Source: the human T2T-CHM13v2.0 reference genome, Homo sapiens. Taken from it: 64,000 nt of DNA. Positions within the stretch are counted from its first letter, which is position 1. Each line of letters begins with the position of its first letter. The position numbers were made by a program, and so were the translations under genes. Shown in pieces: positions 26,461 through 41,312 of the stretch. The notes beneath the pieces were generated by a model, which worked only from the letters and a program-made list of their open reading frames with translations, searched no databases and was not told the origin of the DNA. The stretch lies in the NCBI RefSeq assembly GCF_009914755.1, contig NC_060927.1; one strand, 5' to 3'.

Positions 26461-27751
26461 TATCACCCTTCCTTTGACATTAAGCTTCATTTTACAAATG
26501 TGGAAACTGAGATTCAGAAATACAAGTTCATTTATTGATAGTCACCTTGCTGGCTCAAGGCAGAGCTAGCAACATGGCTCAGAGAGACATTATGTACTGC
26601 TCTTCTCATCATACACTGTTGAATGAAGAAATCATTGAATAGACTTCAATTACTTGGCATGTCTAGGAAATAGGTATTTCTGTTTAACTAAGGAATAGAC
26701 AATTTAGTAAGTAGTATGACCCAGTCCTCTGATGCCAATGCTCAGTCTTGGAACCAAAATAACTTTTGGGAGCACCTAACCAGGTTGGGAGATCTCTCAT
26801 CCCTGTGCTTTCAGAAACAGAGCCAACCATGAATCTTCAGTCTAGAAAGGAGACCATCCACCCATCATCGTGTCAGTACACTTGAAAGACTCCTCACAAA
26901 GGCAGCTGCTGACAACTTTAGCTAAGCAGAATAAGTCCAGGCAGGAAAATTAAAAAATCTTTTCCCCAAACTTCCTAAAACAGAAAAGAAAAAGCTCCAG
27001 CAATGCAATAGAAATAATAGCTGTTTCCAAAATATCATTTTGATGCAAAACTAAGAGCTAGAAAAGGATCAGAAAAGTAAGAATTGGCCCATGTTTATGA
27101 AACTAATAACTGAGAGAAAATGTGAACTTCTAAATAGCTCTGGAGCCTTCAGCTGGCTAACCAAGCTAAGAGTAAAATGAGGCTGTTATGAAAAATCATA
27201 AAACCTGCTCGAGCTGAATGCTCAGCAAATGGGTTAAAAATTTTGTTGGCCAAAGCTGTCCTCCTGTCACCAAGGCTTTGGGTTTTATTTGCTAGAGGCC
27301 CCACAGTTAGTGATTTTACATTTATAAAGCAGAGAGATCACTGAATTTAGGCTCCAATAGATAAGAATTTCTAAACTGGTCTTATCCAGCCACAGGGCCT
27401 TTGCACAGAAAATATATCTCTTCCTAAATGTGTACATGTCTCCTACCCATTTTGGCTTAAACGCACGTGTAACTCCAGAGAGATGATGACAACCTCCTTA
27501 TAAAAATAGCTTCCCTCTATCGCACACCCCATCTTGTGATCTTTTGTTTTCTTCATAGTATCACATCAGTTATTCGTGGGTGTCTGGGATTGAATTTCTT
27601 GCTTATTGTATACAAGTCCCTTAACATCTCTCTACCTCCCTTAGTTTTCTCATCAGAAATAATGTAACATTTCCTACTGGACAAAGTTCTTGCAAGGATT
27701 AGATGATCGCGTGTGTGTTAAGCACTTATACCTGTTATGGGAATACAGTGA

Positions 27752-28110
<359 letters not shown>

Positions 28111-29169
28111 CCTTGAAATTCTTTCTAAATTTACTTTATGATATTAATCTCCCCTGCCTACTCCCATACCAATTACAGTAGGAGAAGTGGGCAGGACTGT
28201 TCTTCTTCACAAATGTATCCCCTGCCCCTAGAGCAGTGTCTGGCACATCACAGGTACTCAAAGGATTTGCTGAATGAATCATCACTAACCAAGGGTAAAT
28301 CTCAAATTATTTGAGCCTCAGTTTTACCATCTATAAAAGAGAGATAATGGCTCCCAATCCGTAGGTTATGAAGAATCAAATGAGATTTATAACCCCGTTT
28401 CTCCAGCTGGAATATATGTGCCCCAGGGAATAATTTGGAATACCAAAAGTATGTAAAGTTAAATTAAACACATAGCACAGTTCATCAGAGGTTTGATTTT
28501 GCCAGAAGATTCAGGGGAAACAACAGTTTAGAATTTTTATACTTCTAATAGGATACTTTTTAATTATTAATTTGTTATTTTGCTCTTTCTGTATTTTTTC
28601 CTCTGCTCCACTATAAGAGGACAGTTTAGCATTTTTATCCTTTTCCCTGAGGGGCATGTGTATTGCTGGGTGAAAGTAGCATTTTGCTTTTGTTCTCAAA
28701 AAAAAAAAAAAAAATGCTGAGTGTGATTATGTTAACTTTAAGGGATTAGAGGGGAAGAAGAAAGAGCTGAATGCCTAGGGAAAGAGGATAGATGTGAGGA
28801 GGGAAGAAAGGTTTCCCCCACGAAATGAAAGGAATTCTTTTTGATAGGGTGAAGACAGTTAAGGAATAGAGGCTTATAAAGAATAACTGATACCAGAGAG
28901 ACTCTCCAAGGTGGAAAATATAAGATTTTGGGACCTTTAGACAGCTCCAAGAGACATGGAGCCTCAATCATGATTGAGACTAAATTTCCCAACAGCCAGG
29001 CAAACTAGGCACTCAGAGGAGTTGCAAACTAGTTTAGAGAAATAAATGTGTCATTTCTTATGAAGTTGGAGAATAAAAAATCACTCTGCTATGTTGCCTT
29101 GCAAGGCTTAGTCAAATTCTTGCACAATTGGCAAAATACTGTTTTCCATGCCAGCTCACTTTTCTGTTT

Positions 29170-30196
29170 AATGATTTTAGCTTTTTAGGTTCAGGGGTTA
29201 CATGTGCAAGTTTGTCACCTGAGCATATTGCAAGATTCTGAGGTTTGGAGTACAACCGATCTTGTCACCCCGGTACTGAACACAGTACCGTACAGTTTTT
29301 CAGCCCTTACCCTTCCTCCTCCCTCCCTACTCCAGTATTTCCCAGTTTCTATTGTTTCCATCTTTATGTCCATGAGTACACAATGTTTAGCTCTCACTTC
29401 TAAGTGAGAACATGCAGCATTTGGTTTTCTGTTCCCATGTTAATTTGCTTAGAATAATGGCCTCCAGCTGTATCCATGTTGCTTCAAAGGACATATTGTT
29501 CTTTTTTATGGCTGTGTAATATTCCATGTGTATAGGTAGCACATCTTCTTTATCCAGTCCACCATTGATGGGCGTCTAGGTTAATGGCATGTCTTCACTA
29601 CTATGAATATTGCTGTGATAAACATGCAAATGCATGTGTGTTTTTGGTAAAGCAACTTATTTTATTTAGGATATATACTCAGTAATGGGATTGCTGGGTC
29701 AAAGAGTAGTTCTAAGTTCTTTGAGAAATCTGCAAACTGCTTTCTACGTGGCTGAACACTACCACCAACAGTGTATATGCATTCCCGTTTCTCCTCAGCC
29801 TCACCAGTATCCACTGTTTGACTTTTTAATGATAGCTCTTCTGACTGATGTGAGATGGTATCTCTTTGTAGTTTTGATTTGCATTTCCTTGATGATTAGT
29901 GATGTGGGGCATTTTTCCATGTTTATTGGCAGATTGTATGTCTTCTTCTGAGAAGTGTCTATTCATGTATTTTATTTATTTTTAAAGGGGCTATTTGTTT
30001 TGTGCTTGTTCAGTTGTTATGTTCCTTATAGATTCTGGATATTGGTTCCTTGTTGGATACATAGTTTGCGAGTATCTTCTCCCACCCTGTAGGTTTTCTC
30101 CTTATTATGTTGATAGTCTCTTCTGATGTGCAGAAGCTCTTGAGTTCAATTAGGTCCTACTTGTCAATTTTTGCTTTTGTTGCAATTGCTTTTGAG
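29170..30196 (-). mobile_element. 5'-truncated L1PA16/17-like element
   Basis: Reversed 3' UTR (CAGGGGTTACATGTGCAAGTTTGT, AAGTGAGAACATGCAG) and ORF2 end. Degenerate TSD CCAGCTCACTTTT / CGAGCCCACTTTT. Confidence 0.9.
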
Positions 30197-30727
30197 GCGA
30201 GCCCACTTTTTGTTGTTCTTGTGAGTGTGTGTGTGAGGAAGAACATGCACAAACCCAAAGAACCAGAAAGTTAATGTGCAGTGACTGAGGAGAAAATACA
30301 CTTTAGAGGTCAAGGCAGCCAGTGGCCTTAGCCCCAACAGCATATCATAATGAACAAGACAAGCCAATTCCTTGAAGACAGATTAAGCTGATATCAATGG
30401 CAGTGACAGACTACAGGTATTCCCCCAGAGTGGCCACTTTTGATTTCTTGATACCCACAAACTAGTTTGACATGTATTCTCACTGCAGGAACCAGACCCT
30501 TTATGTAAATTTATAAAAAATTTGTAGCATTCCTGGTAAAATAAGGCCTTTACCCTTTACCATCTCTCTTCATTGAACAATTCCTTTGAGTCAACAGAGG
30601 TTGATGACAATAGAGACCCCCTTCAATCTAGCTCTTGAAATTGCACATAGAATGGCTACCAGAACCTGAAGATATTGTGCTTGACCACTTATGGACAGCT
30701 TTTGGGGGCATCTCTCATCAGTATAAT

Positions 30728-31372
<645 letters not shown>

Positions 31373-31418
31373 ATAGCAACAAGATTTTAAGACTGGAACT
31401 TGCCAGTGAAGTTTATGA

Positions 31419-33598
31419 GACACACACCTCATTTTATTCCACTTCTTTTTATTGCACTTTACAGATATTGTGGTTTTTTTTTTTTTTAACAAGTTGAAGG
31501 TCTGTGGCAGCTTTGCACGAAGCAAGCCTATCAGTGCCAGTTTTCCAACAGCATGTGCTCACTTCATGGCTCTGTGTCACATTTTGGTAATTCTTGCAAT
31601 ATTTCAAATGTTTTCATTATTATATGTTATGATGATCTGTGATCAGTGTTCTTTGAAGTTACTATTGTAATTGTTTTGGGATGCCATGAATCACGCTCAC
31701 ATAAGACAACAAACTTAACAGATAAATATTGTGTATGTCCTCACTCACTGTTCCACTGTCCAGCTATTCCCCCGTCTCTCTCCCTCCCCTCAGGTCTCCC
31801 TACTCCCCAAGACCCACAGAATTAAAATTGGGCCAATTAAAAACCTTCCAATGCCCTCTATGTGTTCAAGTGAAAGAAAGAGTCACATGTCTCACTTTAA
31901 CTCAAAAGCTAGGAAAGAATAAGAAGATCAAACCAGTTACAACATTCCCTTATGCCAAAGCTTATTCCACAGCAAGTCTCCAACTGTCTTCAAAACTATG
32001 AAGGCTGAGAGAGGTAAGGAAATTTCAGAAGAAAAACTGGAAGCTGGCAGAAGTTGGTTCATGAGGTTTAAGGAAATAAGCTGTTTCCGTAACATGAAAG
32101 TGCAAGGTAAAGCAGCAAGTGCTGATGGAAAAGCTGCAGCCAATTATCCAGAAGATCTAGCTAAGATAATTGACAAAAGTAGCTATACTAAACAACAGAT
32201 TTTCAATGTAGATGAAACAGCTGTATATTGGAAGAAGATGCCATCTGAGACTTACATGGCTAGAAAGGAGAATTCAATGCCTAGCTTCAAAGAACAGGAT
32301 GACCCTCTGGTTAGGGGTTAATGCAGCTGGTGACTTTAAGTTGAGGCCAATGCTCCTTGGCCATTCCAAAAATCCTAGGGCTAATTTGCTAAATCTGCTC
32401 TGCCCATGCTCTATAAATGCAAAAACAATGTCTAGATGACAGACATCTGTTTATGGCATGGTTTACTTAATATTTTAAGCCCACTGTTGAGATTTATTGC
32501 TCAGAAAAAAAAGATTTCTTTCAAAATATTACTGCCCATTGACAATGTACCTGGTCATGCTAGAGCTCTGATGGAGATGTACTAGGTGATGAATGTTGTT
32601 TTCATGCCTTCTAACACAACATCCATTCAGCAATCTATGGATGAAGGAGTCATTTCAATTCTAAAGTCTTGATATTTAAGACATATATTTCATAAGGCAA
32701 TAGCTGCCATACATAGTGATTCCCCTGATGGATCTCTGCAAAGTAAACTGAAAACCTTCTGGAAAGGATTCGCCACTCTAAATGCCATTAACAACATTCA
32801 TGATTCATGAGAGGAGGTCAAAATATCAACATTAACAAAAGTTTGAAAGAAATAGATTCTAATCCTCATAGATGACTTCAAGGGGTTTGAGACTTCAGTG
32901 GAGGAAGTAATTGCAGATGAGGTGGAAATAAAAAACTAAAATTGGAAGCAGAGACTGAAGATGTGACTAAATTGCTATAATGTCAGAATAAAACTGAATG
33001 AAGAGTGGCTTCTTATGAATGATCAAGGAAAGTGGTTTCTTGAGGTGGAAGCTACTCCTGCTGAAGATGCTGTGAATGTTGTTGAAATGACAACAAACTA
33101 GAACATTACACAAGTTTAGTTAATAGTGGCAGGGTTTGAGAGGATTGACTCCAGTTTTGATAACACTTCTACCATGGGTTAAAAGCTATCCAGCAGCATC
33201 ACATGCTACCGATAACTCCTTTGTGAAAAGAGCCCACTGCTGCAGTAAACTTCGGTGGTGTCTTATTTTAAGAAATTGCCACACCCACCCCAACCTCCAG
33301 CAACCTCCACCCTGATCAGTCAGCAGCCATCAACATGGAGGCAAGACCCTTCACCAGTCAAAAGATTATGACTTGCTAAGGCCTCCGAAGATTTTTTAGC
33401 AATAAGGTATTTTTAATTAAGATACGTACATTGTTACTTTAGGCATAATGCTACTGCACACTTAATAGGCTACAGTATAGTATAAACATAACTTTTATAT
33501 ATGCTGGGAAACCAAAATTCACATGACTCATTTTATGGTAATATTGACTTTATTGTACTAGTCTAGAACCAACCCTGTGATGTCTCCGAGGTATGACG
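31419..33598 (+). mobile_element. Tigger1 DNA transposon, near full length, with decayed transposase
   Basis: Termini CACACCTCATTTTATT... and ...TCTCCGAGGTATG. ORF 31998-32321 [25 protein letters not shown]...[17 protein letters not shown] is a CENP-B/pogo-type transposase segment, followed by frameshifts and stops. Confidence 0.95.
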
Positions 33599-33876
33599 AT
33601 ACAATAACAAATATTTTTTTCAACTGTTCCCACATAATTACATAATTGGGGCTCTTGAAAGACTTGATCTACGAAATGCAAGATAAATTGTCTGGACATC
33701 GATTATGTTGGGTAATATTTAATTTGCTTGAATTTGGCTCAATTTCCCCAAATGGGTAGATTCACTAGAACATTTTTCCCATTAACCTGGGAGAAGTATA
33801 AAACCATATTTTTACTAATGGAACACTTAAAATGCTATTTCGATGTGCAGATTAAGTACATAGTAAAGGATCATAG

Positions 33877-34250
33877 AATAGTTCTCAAAATGTGGTCGTT
33901 GGGTCAGCAGCAGCATCACCTGGGAGCTTGTTAGAAGGGTAAATTCTCAACCCCAACCCCCGACCCCCAGATGTACTGATTCAGGAACACTGCTGGGAGG
34001 TTCAGAAATCAGTGTCTTAACAAGACCTCCAGGTGATTTAGGCACCCAGGGAAGTTTGAGAACCACTGCTTGAGAGTTCTGCAACCGTGCTGTACATGAG
34101 CGACACCTGGGGAGCTTTTCAACCTCTCCAGGCAGCTCTCCATACCAATTAAACAAGAACCCCTGGGGTTGGGAATCAGGTATCAGTTGTTTTTTTCCAA
34201 ACTCCCTAAGTCATTGCCAAATTCAACCAAGTTTGAGAACCACCGCTTTA
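33877..34250. mobile_element. Adjacent MER5A and MER5B-like MITEs
   Basis: GTTCTCAAAATGTGGTC...CAGCATCACCTGGGAGCTTGTTAGAA...GTTTGAGAACCACTG, followed by a second unit ending GTTTGAGAACCACCG. Confidence 0.8.
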
Positions 34251-36268
34251 GGATGTCACCCTGTGGGAGAGGGGGTCCAGACCCATGGCTTTTGTTCTTG
34301 CTGGCAATCTGTTTAAAGTTGATGCCCAGGTTGAGAGGCAGAGGTGAGGCTCTCCCCATCTCAGGACCCTCCTAGCTCTTGGGAGGAAGAGTTTCTCCCC
34401 TCCAGTAGTCCCATCACCCTCCTCTTTTTATGTCCTTCATGGCATTTATCCTTATCAATTTCCCAATGCCTAACATCCATCTGCCCAGGTAGAATTATAA
34501 CCTTGAGGGTATACACCTTGTCTTTCTTGCAAACAGTTGCCTTATCAGTTACTAATTTGGTGCCTGGGACACTGTAAGCACTGAACTATTTGTCGGTTGA
34601 ATGAATACATTTTCCATAATCCACATCAGGACAGGGTAATTGAGGTCCTTCCTTAGCCACTATTTTTCCATGACTTGGAGGCATGAAATTATACAAGTAG
34701 AAGTGTCGAAAGCAATAAACCCCAGGACATAAAAAAAGGAATGCACCAAATCCACCTTTTGAGCAGTAGCATTGTAAACAAAGACAAAATTCTTAATTTT
34801 CACTTTATTTGAATAAACAAGTAGATTAGTCCCCCAGAACTTTCTTGTAGCCTAACCTCATTGTATTTACAAGCCTCTCCTCTTTAAAATTCCAAATCCC
34901 TCCCCACTTTAAAATTTCACTTGAGACAAGATCATCTTTGAGAGTAATTTCAGGTGACCTCGGCCTACTTTGATTGCCGTTTACAGAATTCAGCTAAAGT
35001 TTCCTGCTGGCGTGGTTATAGTGATCCATCTTTAGCATAAGTGAATGGAACATCCACTGCGTTATATATCAGAAGCAGGTGGGAAGTATCTCATATTTAT
35101 TACCTGCCATCTTTTTCCTTAAAAGTTCATTTTTCATTAAATCGCTTAAACCCCTAGGAGTACCTTAATAAATTCACTCATGCATTGCATTCCTGAGGAT
35201 TATAGCATGCAATTGGTCAGTAACTGTGTGATTCAGTCTTAAAACTGATAAAAACATCTACAGTAATGAACATATAAAAGTGTTAACATACATTTTACTT
35301 AGTTGTGCTTTTACTGTCATTTTGCTCTGCATTGCAGCAGCGTAAGAATTGTTTACACAAAGTATTTCCTGTAAGAGTTCCATTTTACACTCTACCCCCA
35401 AAACAAACCTCAAATTAATCACATGCTTCACATCTCACAAGAAATATTATATAGAAAATGGACCATACAGATATGATTCACTATAAGAGAATGAAGAATC
35501 ACTGAAATGTTTAAAAAGGTTTTGTTAATACCCCCTCCCACCTGGGGTCCCCTTCTCTCCCACATAGAAAGACTGCCTTTTTCCCCTTTTCAGCCCACAT
35601 GACTTCTTCCTTTAAAAACCAAGGTTATTTTAACAGCTTGATTGAAGTCTAATTGACATACACTAGACCGCACAGAGGCAATGTGTATCATTTGATGTAT
35701 TTTAAAATATGTATTCACCCATGAAGTCATCACCATGATCAGGAAAGTGAACATATTCATCACCCTCACGGGGAAGTGAGTGAGAACCTACAAAAAGGGA
35801 TAGAGGGTTGTCTAATCTCTTTTATTTCCACCCTGGGACAGCAAAACTGAGAGGCATGATTCTCTCCTCTACCAGCAGTTTCTAAAAATCCAAGCACACT
35901 TTAAAGCAAGAAGGATTTTTAACAAGAAAATTTGCAGACACATGTTTTCTTCCCTTTTGACAGCAGTCAGCTGACACCAGTTAGGGCAGGGCTACTGTTA
36001 CTTGCTGCCTAAGAGGGTCACACAGTTTCATTTGTTAACCCAGGAGAGGAAAAACATCAGGAAGGTGGTATCCCACCCACAGGTTTTTCATGTTTTCTCT
36101 AAAACCTGGTAACACAAAAACTACACTGCTCTGATAGATTCATATCTACAAGTCACTAATAAAATGCCTGAAGATAGAATTTAGCACTACAAAAATAATA
36201 ATATTTTATAACAATGTATTCTATGCACACAAATCAACATAGGAAAAACTTATTACTATAACATATTA

Positions 36269-37430
36269 CAGTCATGGGTTGATTAGAGTTGGGGATACAT
36301 TCTGAGAAATGTGTCCTTAGGCGATTTCATCATTGTGAGAGCATCATAGAGAGTATTTACACAAACCTAGATGGTATAGCCTACTACATACCTAGGCTAT
36401 GGTATAGCCTATGGTTCCTCGGCTACAAACCTGTACAAGATGTTACTGTACTGAAAACTACCAGCAATCGTAACACGATGGTAAGTATTTGTGCATTTAG
36501 ACATAGGAAATGTACAGTAAAAATACTGCATAAGAGATAAAATATGGTCCACCTGTACCATGAATGGAGTTTACAGGACTGGAAATTTTTCTGGGTATAA
36601 GGGAATGGTGAGTAAATGTGAAAGCCTAGTACATTACTGTGATTACTGTTGACTTCCTAAACACTGTACACTTAGGCTACACTAAATTTATTTTGAAATC
36701 CTCTCAATAACAACTTTAGCTGACTGTAATATTTTTACTTTATAACAAAGCTTATAAATTTATATTTTAACTTTTTAACTTTTTGACTCTTGTGTAAAAC
36801 AGCTTAAAACATACATCGCATGGTTGTACAAAAATATTTTCTTTCTTTATAACCTTATTCTACAAGCTATTTTTCCAGTTTTAACTTTTTAAACTTTGTT
36901 AAAAACAAACACACATTAGCCTAGGCCTACACAGGGTCAGAATAATCAATATCCCTGTCTTCCACCTCCACATCTTGTCCCACTGGAAGTTCTTCAGAAG
37001 CAATAACATGCATGGAGCTGTCATCTCCTAAGATAACAATGCCTTCATCTGGAATACCTCCGAAGGATCGGCCTGAGGCTGTTTTACAGTTATTATTTTT
37101 TATGTAAGGAGAAGGAGTACATGCTAAAATAACAGTAAAAAGTATGGTAAATACATAAACCAGTAACATAGTCATTTATTATTATCAAATACCATGTGCT
37201 ATACATAATGGTGTGGGCTGGGCTTTTATATGACTGGCATCACAAGTTTGTTTATACCAGCATCACCACAAACACAAATACATAATGCATCGCACTATGA
37301 TGTTATGAAAGCTAAGAGATCACTAGGTAATAGGAATTTTTCAGCTCCAGTGTAATCTATAGAACCACCATCATACATGCATATATGCAGTCCATTGTTG
37401 ACCAAAACACAATTATGCAGCACATGACTG
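36269..37430. mobile_element. Tigger3 (Tigger3b-like) non-autonomous DNA transposon
   Basis: TA|CAGTCATG ... CATGACTG|TA termini; internal ACACAAACCTAGATGGTATAGCCTACTAC. Confidence 0.92.
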
Positions 37431-40096
37431 TATATCAATGTTAAATTTCTAGAAGCCTTAAGTACTTATGTAAAATATTACTGAAAGAGTTGTGACACTG
37501 TAATATCTATTCTTAATAAAGTATTGTAAACTAGAAATAAAAAGATACATATTACATAGAACATTTCAAACCAAGAGTCACACAGAGAAAATATAGCAAA
37601 GCCCCACTCATGGAACTAATTTTACCAATGTTTTGATCCTATTTTGGGGATCAGAAATAGGACCAAGACATACATGACCTCTGCTATCTACCTTATGTCC
37701 CAAGTTCTAACTAATATAATATCAAAGAAAAAGTGAATACACATAGAGAAAAAAAATCAAGCAGAGATGACACTATTATAATATTTGAAAAGCAAAACAT
37801 CACTGACAAACTGCCAGAAGCAACCCTTGCCCACAGCTGGTGGAAATGTAAATTGGCAGATCCATTATGGAAAACAATATAGAGTTTTCTCCAAAAATTA
37901 AAAACAAAACCTCCATACAATCTGGCAATATATAAAAACATATAAAAGAAGTTTTGGATAAATTGAGGCATACAGATATATTGTGATATCAATCAAAATC
38001 CATCTTCAGGAAATAGAACCAACATCCTAGATATGTATGTATGTATGTATGTGTATGTTTAGCATGTATAAAGTTCTTTTGAAATAGCACTTACTACGAT
38101 TCTAAAATTCACTTGGGAAAGAGGAAAAAGCCCTAACAAGTGAGGCTATTAAGTAATACTAAGAAAATGAATTTGGATAGGAGAGGGGCAAGGGACTAAG
38201 GAATGAAACAGGGCTATACTCTCCCCTGGTGTGTCTCTGGCATCTAGTACTATACCTCACATAGAGCAGGCACCGAATTTGTATCAAATGAATAAATGCA
38301 ACTTTAAAAATACCCATCACCAAGACTCTAACAGATAAATGCAGAAAGACTATGAACAGACATCCTTTCAAGAAAAAATGCAAATAGAAGAGCGACATAA
38401 TGAAATGTTTAACCAATATTATTTATATCAAAACAATAGCAGAGAAGTATGATTTAATTCTATAACTCAAACTGAGTAAACAGGAAAAATAGGTATATTA
38501 CTAGCAGCATTTTTTTATTAGATCAATTCTTTAGAAATGTGATTTTATATCCTTAAAAATGTCTCTCTCTTGGATCCAGTAATTCAATGCTGGGGAATTT
38601 ATCTGAATAACTAAAAAGAAAAGAAAATGCCCAAATAAAAAAGATGTTCATTGCAACAGTATTGTATAATCAAAATAATGAGTACTTTAAGTAAAAGACA
38701 AAGAGTTTACATAATTACATGACAGAATATAATAAAATAATTAGAAATGATGCAGAGACTGAAGTGTCATAAAAATGATGTCATATTAAAATTTTACAAA
38801 CAGAATAGATACATGAGACCGCCATGAGAGCAAATGGTATAGATACGAATAAAGACTGGGAAACACCATAGAGAAAAATAGAAAATACGGCGCCCAGCAT
38901 GGTGATGAGTTATTCTTCTTCTTAAGTTCTTTTAAGATTGATTCAATATTACCTGAATAAAAACAATCTGTAAAACCAGAGACATAAGCACTAGCCAGCC
39001 ACTTTCATAAGGAAGCCACTCCACTCTGCTCATACCTTTGCATCTCCTTCTCTTTTTTCTGCTATCATCTATTTTCAAATGACAAGAACCCTGGTCAACA
39101 GCCCTAAATCACTTCCAGGTGTTTGCTCTTCACCATTCCAACTGAATGGCACCTTCCCTGAAGGCAGAGGTCATTTTTCTGGTCTAGCTGATCCTTCCCC
39201 TCAGACCCCTCCTCAGCTCCAGACAGTACCCAGCACCTGCTAGGTACACCCAGCACTGTTGCTAGAACCATACACATTCCTGTGGCCAGAGTCTCAGGCA
39301 CCTGTCTCTAAACCCAGCATTTGGGATTGGATTCTGGCTTTTCAGAGTGGAGGCCATGCCACACCTGCAAAGCTCAAGATCCTTCCCCACAAAGGTTATC
39401 CTCTGAGTTTGTAACCAGCACAACACTCCCTTATTAAAAGACGACAAAAAGAGGGAGGAGAGAAGATTCCACACCCAGTGTTCTAAGGCCTCAGGGACAG
39501 CAGATGTGCTTACCTATGTAATTTCAGACCACAACGCAAAGCATCATATCTATAGTTTGCATGTGAACACCTTTATAGTTTAATTTTTTAAAGGCCTGTG
39601 AGAAGGTGTTAGAGACGTGAAAGCACTTTGAAAATGAAAAGATTGGAAAGGAATAAAGGGAGGCTTCAGTAATACATCGCCAAGGCCTTTATATGTAAGA
39701 AGATTATCAAAAGTGTCCTACCTGTCTGGGTTCCGATGTCCACCTCAACTCTGCGGCGTGGAGAAGCCAGCTGGGTTTGACTTTTCCACAGGACCTGCTG
39801 CACACGCTTAGCCACAGGGAAGCACAAAGCCTCAGAAGTGCTCTGCCTGGCAGTGCTGACCACACACAGGCCCTCATTCCTGCGCCCGAGTGGGCCACTC
39901 CCACCCGTGGGAACAGGCTTCGCCGACAAGGGAGGCCCTCTCAGCAGAATGTAGCTGACTGGAGCCTGCTCATTCAGGCCTGCTCCTGATGGCCACACAA
40001 ATGTCCGTCCTGCTTGCTCTCCCTTCCTTTCCTCTCTTATCTCACCGTCCAGCCACATCACGACAGACAGTGCCGCTTCTCTCACATGCTCTGATT

Positions 40097-40262
40097 CCTT
40101 GCTACTGAAACTGTGGTCTGTGGACCAGCAGCACCTGCACCGCTTGGAAACTTGTAGGAAAGGCAGAGTCTCAGGCACCAACCCACCTGCAGAGTCCGAA
40201 TCTTTCCTGTGCGCAGATCTCTGGGTGATCGTTATGCACACTCGCAGCCAAGAAGGCTGCTG
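40097..40262. mobile_element. MER5A-type MITE
   Basis: GCTACTGAAACTGTGGTCTGTGGACCAGCAGCA...AACTTGTAGGAAAGGCAGAGTCTCAGG...GGTGATCGTTATGCACA. Confidence 0.75.
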
Positions 40263-40731
40263 TGATTCACACTTGGCTCACACTTGCCCCATACCCTTTT
40301 CTGAGTGCATTTTCTCCATCTCCAGGCCTTGTTTGGAACTTGGCTTTCCTCTTGACGATGCTACTTCATAACTCCCCTCAAGTAAAGTCTGCTCCCTGGC
40401 ACCTGCCCTTGGATTTCAAGGACAAGCGACTACTGCGTGACGTTTTAGTAAAACATACTAAAGGAGCAACTCTGTGCCTGTTAGGCATGTACACTTCCAG
40501 TACCTTATTAAAGCCTCATCCCCGCTAGCGAGGAAGATGCTGTTATTACTTCCAGGTTGTGGAGGAAATCAAGCTTTATCAAAGTGGGGTCTCCTAAGTG
40601 CCATCACCTAACTAAGTGTCACAGCTGGGATTTGAACTACGTACTGCAAGTGCAGAGGCTTCACAGTGCTGTCTCCCCAGTCATTCCAGCTTTGAGTTCA
40701 TCAGCTCTCCTGCAACACCCTCATTGTCTTT

Positions 40732-41312
40732 TGTATTGGTTTCTATTGCTGCAATAACAGATTAACCACAATTTAGCAACTCATGACAGCACGCATGTAT
40801 TACCTCACAGCTCTGTAGCCCAGACGTCCCGGGTAGTGGTGGGATGGGGGTGTCAGATTTGTTTATCTGCTTTGGGCCTGACAAGCCCAAAATTAAAAAG
40901 TCTTAGCCTGGAAGAGATTCTGCTTCCAGGCTCATTTAGGTCATTGGCAGAATTTATTCAATGTGGCTATAGAACTGAAGTCCTTATTTTCTGGCTGGCT
41001 GATGGCCAGGGGTCATTCTCAGCTTCCAGAGGCCTCCACATTCCCTGGCTTGTGGCCTCCTTCATCTTTAGAGTCAGGAAAGTGGGCCAATCGGCCTCAT
41101 CTTTCTTGTTTCCAGCTGCAGAAAGTTCTGTGCTTTTAAGGACTTTGATATGACTAAATTGAACCCACCTGGATAATCCAGGCTAAACTTATTATAAGCC
41201 CCTGAACCTTCATTGGATCTGCAAGGTTCCTTTTGCCCTGTTGTGTAACATATTCCCAGGTTCTGGGTTTCAGGCCACGGACATCTCTGGGTAGCGTTTC
41301 TGCCTTCCATCC
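40732..41312 (-). mobile_element. MaLR LTR, MLT1E-like
   Basis: TGTATTGGTTTCTATTGCTGCAATAACA...TTGGCAGAATT...CCCACCTGGATAATCCAGG...CATCTCTGGG. Confidence 0.85.

Noticed and set aside
31998-32321. Possible domesticated TIGD1-like transposase gene
   Set aside because: It is a fragment of a decayed Tigger1 with an upstream deletion and downstream frameshifts and stops.
39666-40241. 191-aa minus-strand ORF
   Set aside because: The N-terminal part is MER5A-derived, there is no recognisable domain, and high GC makes stops rare.
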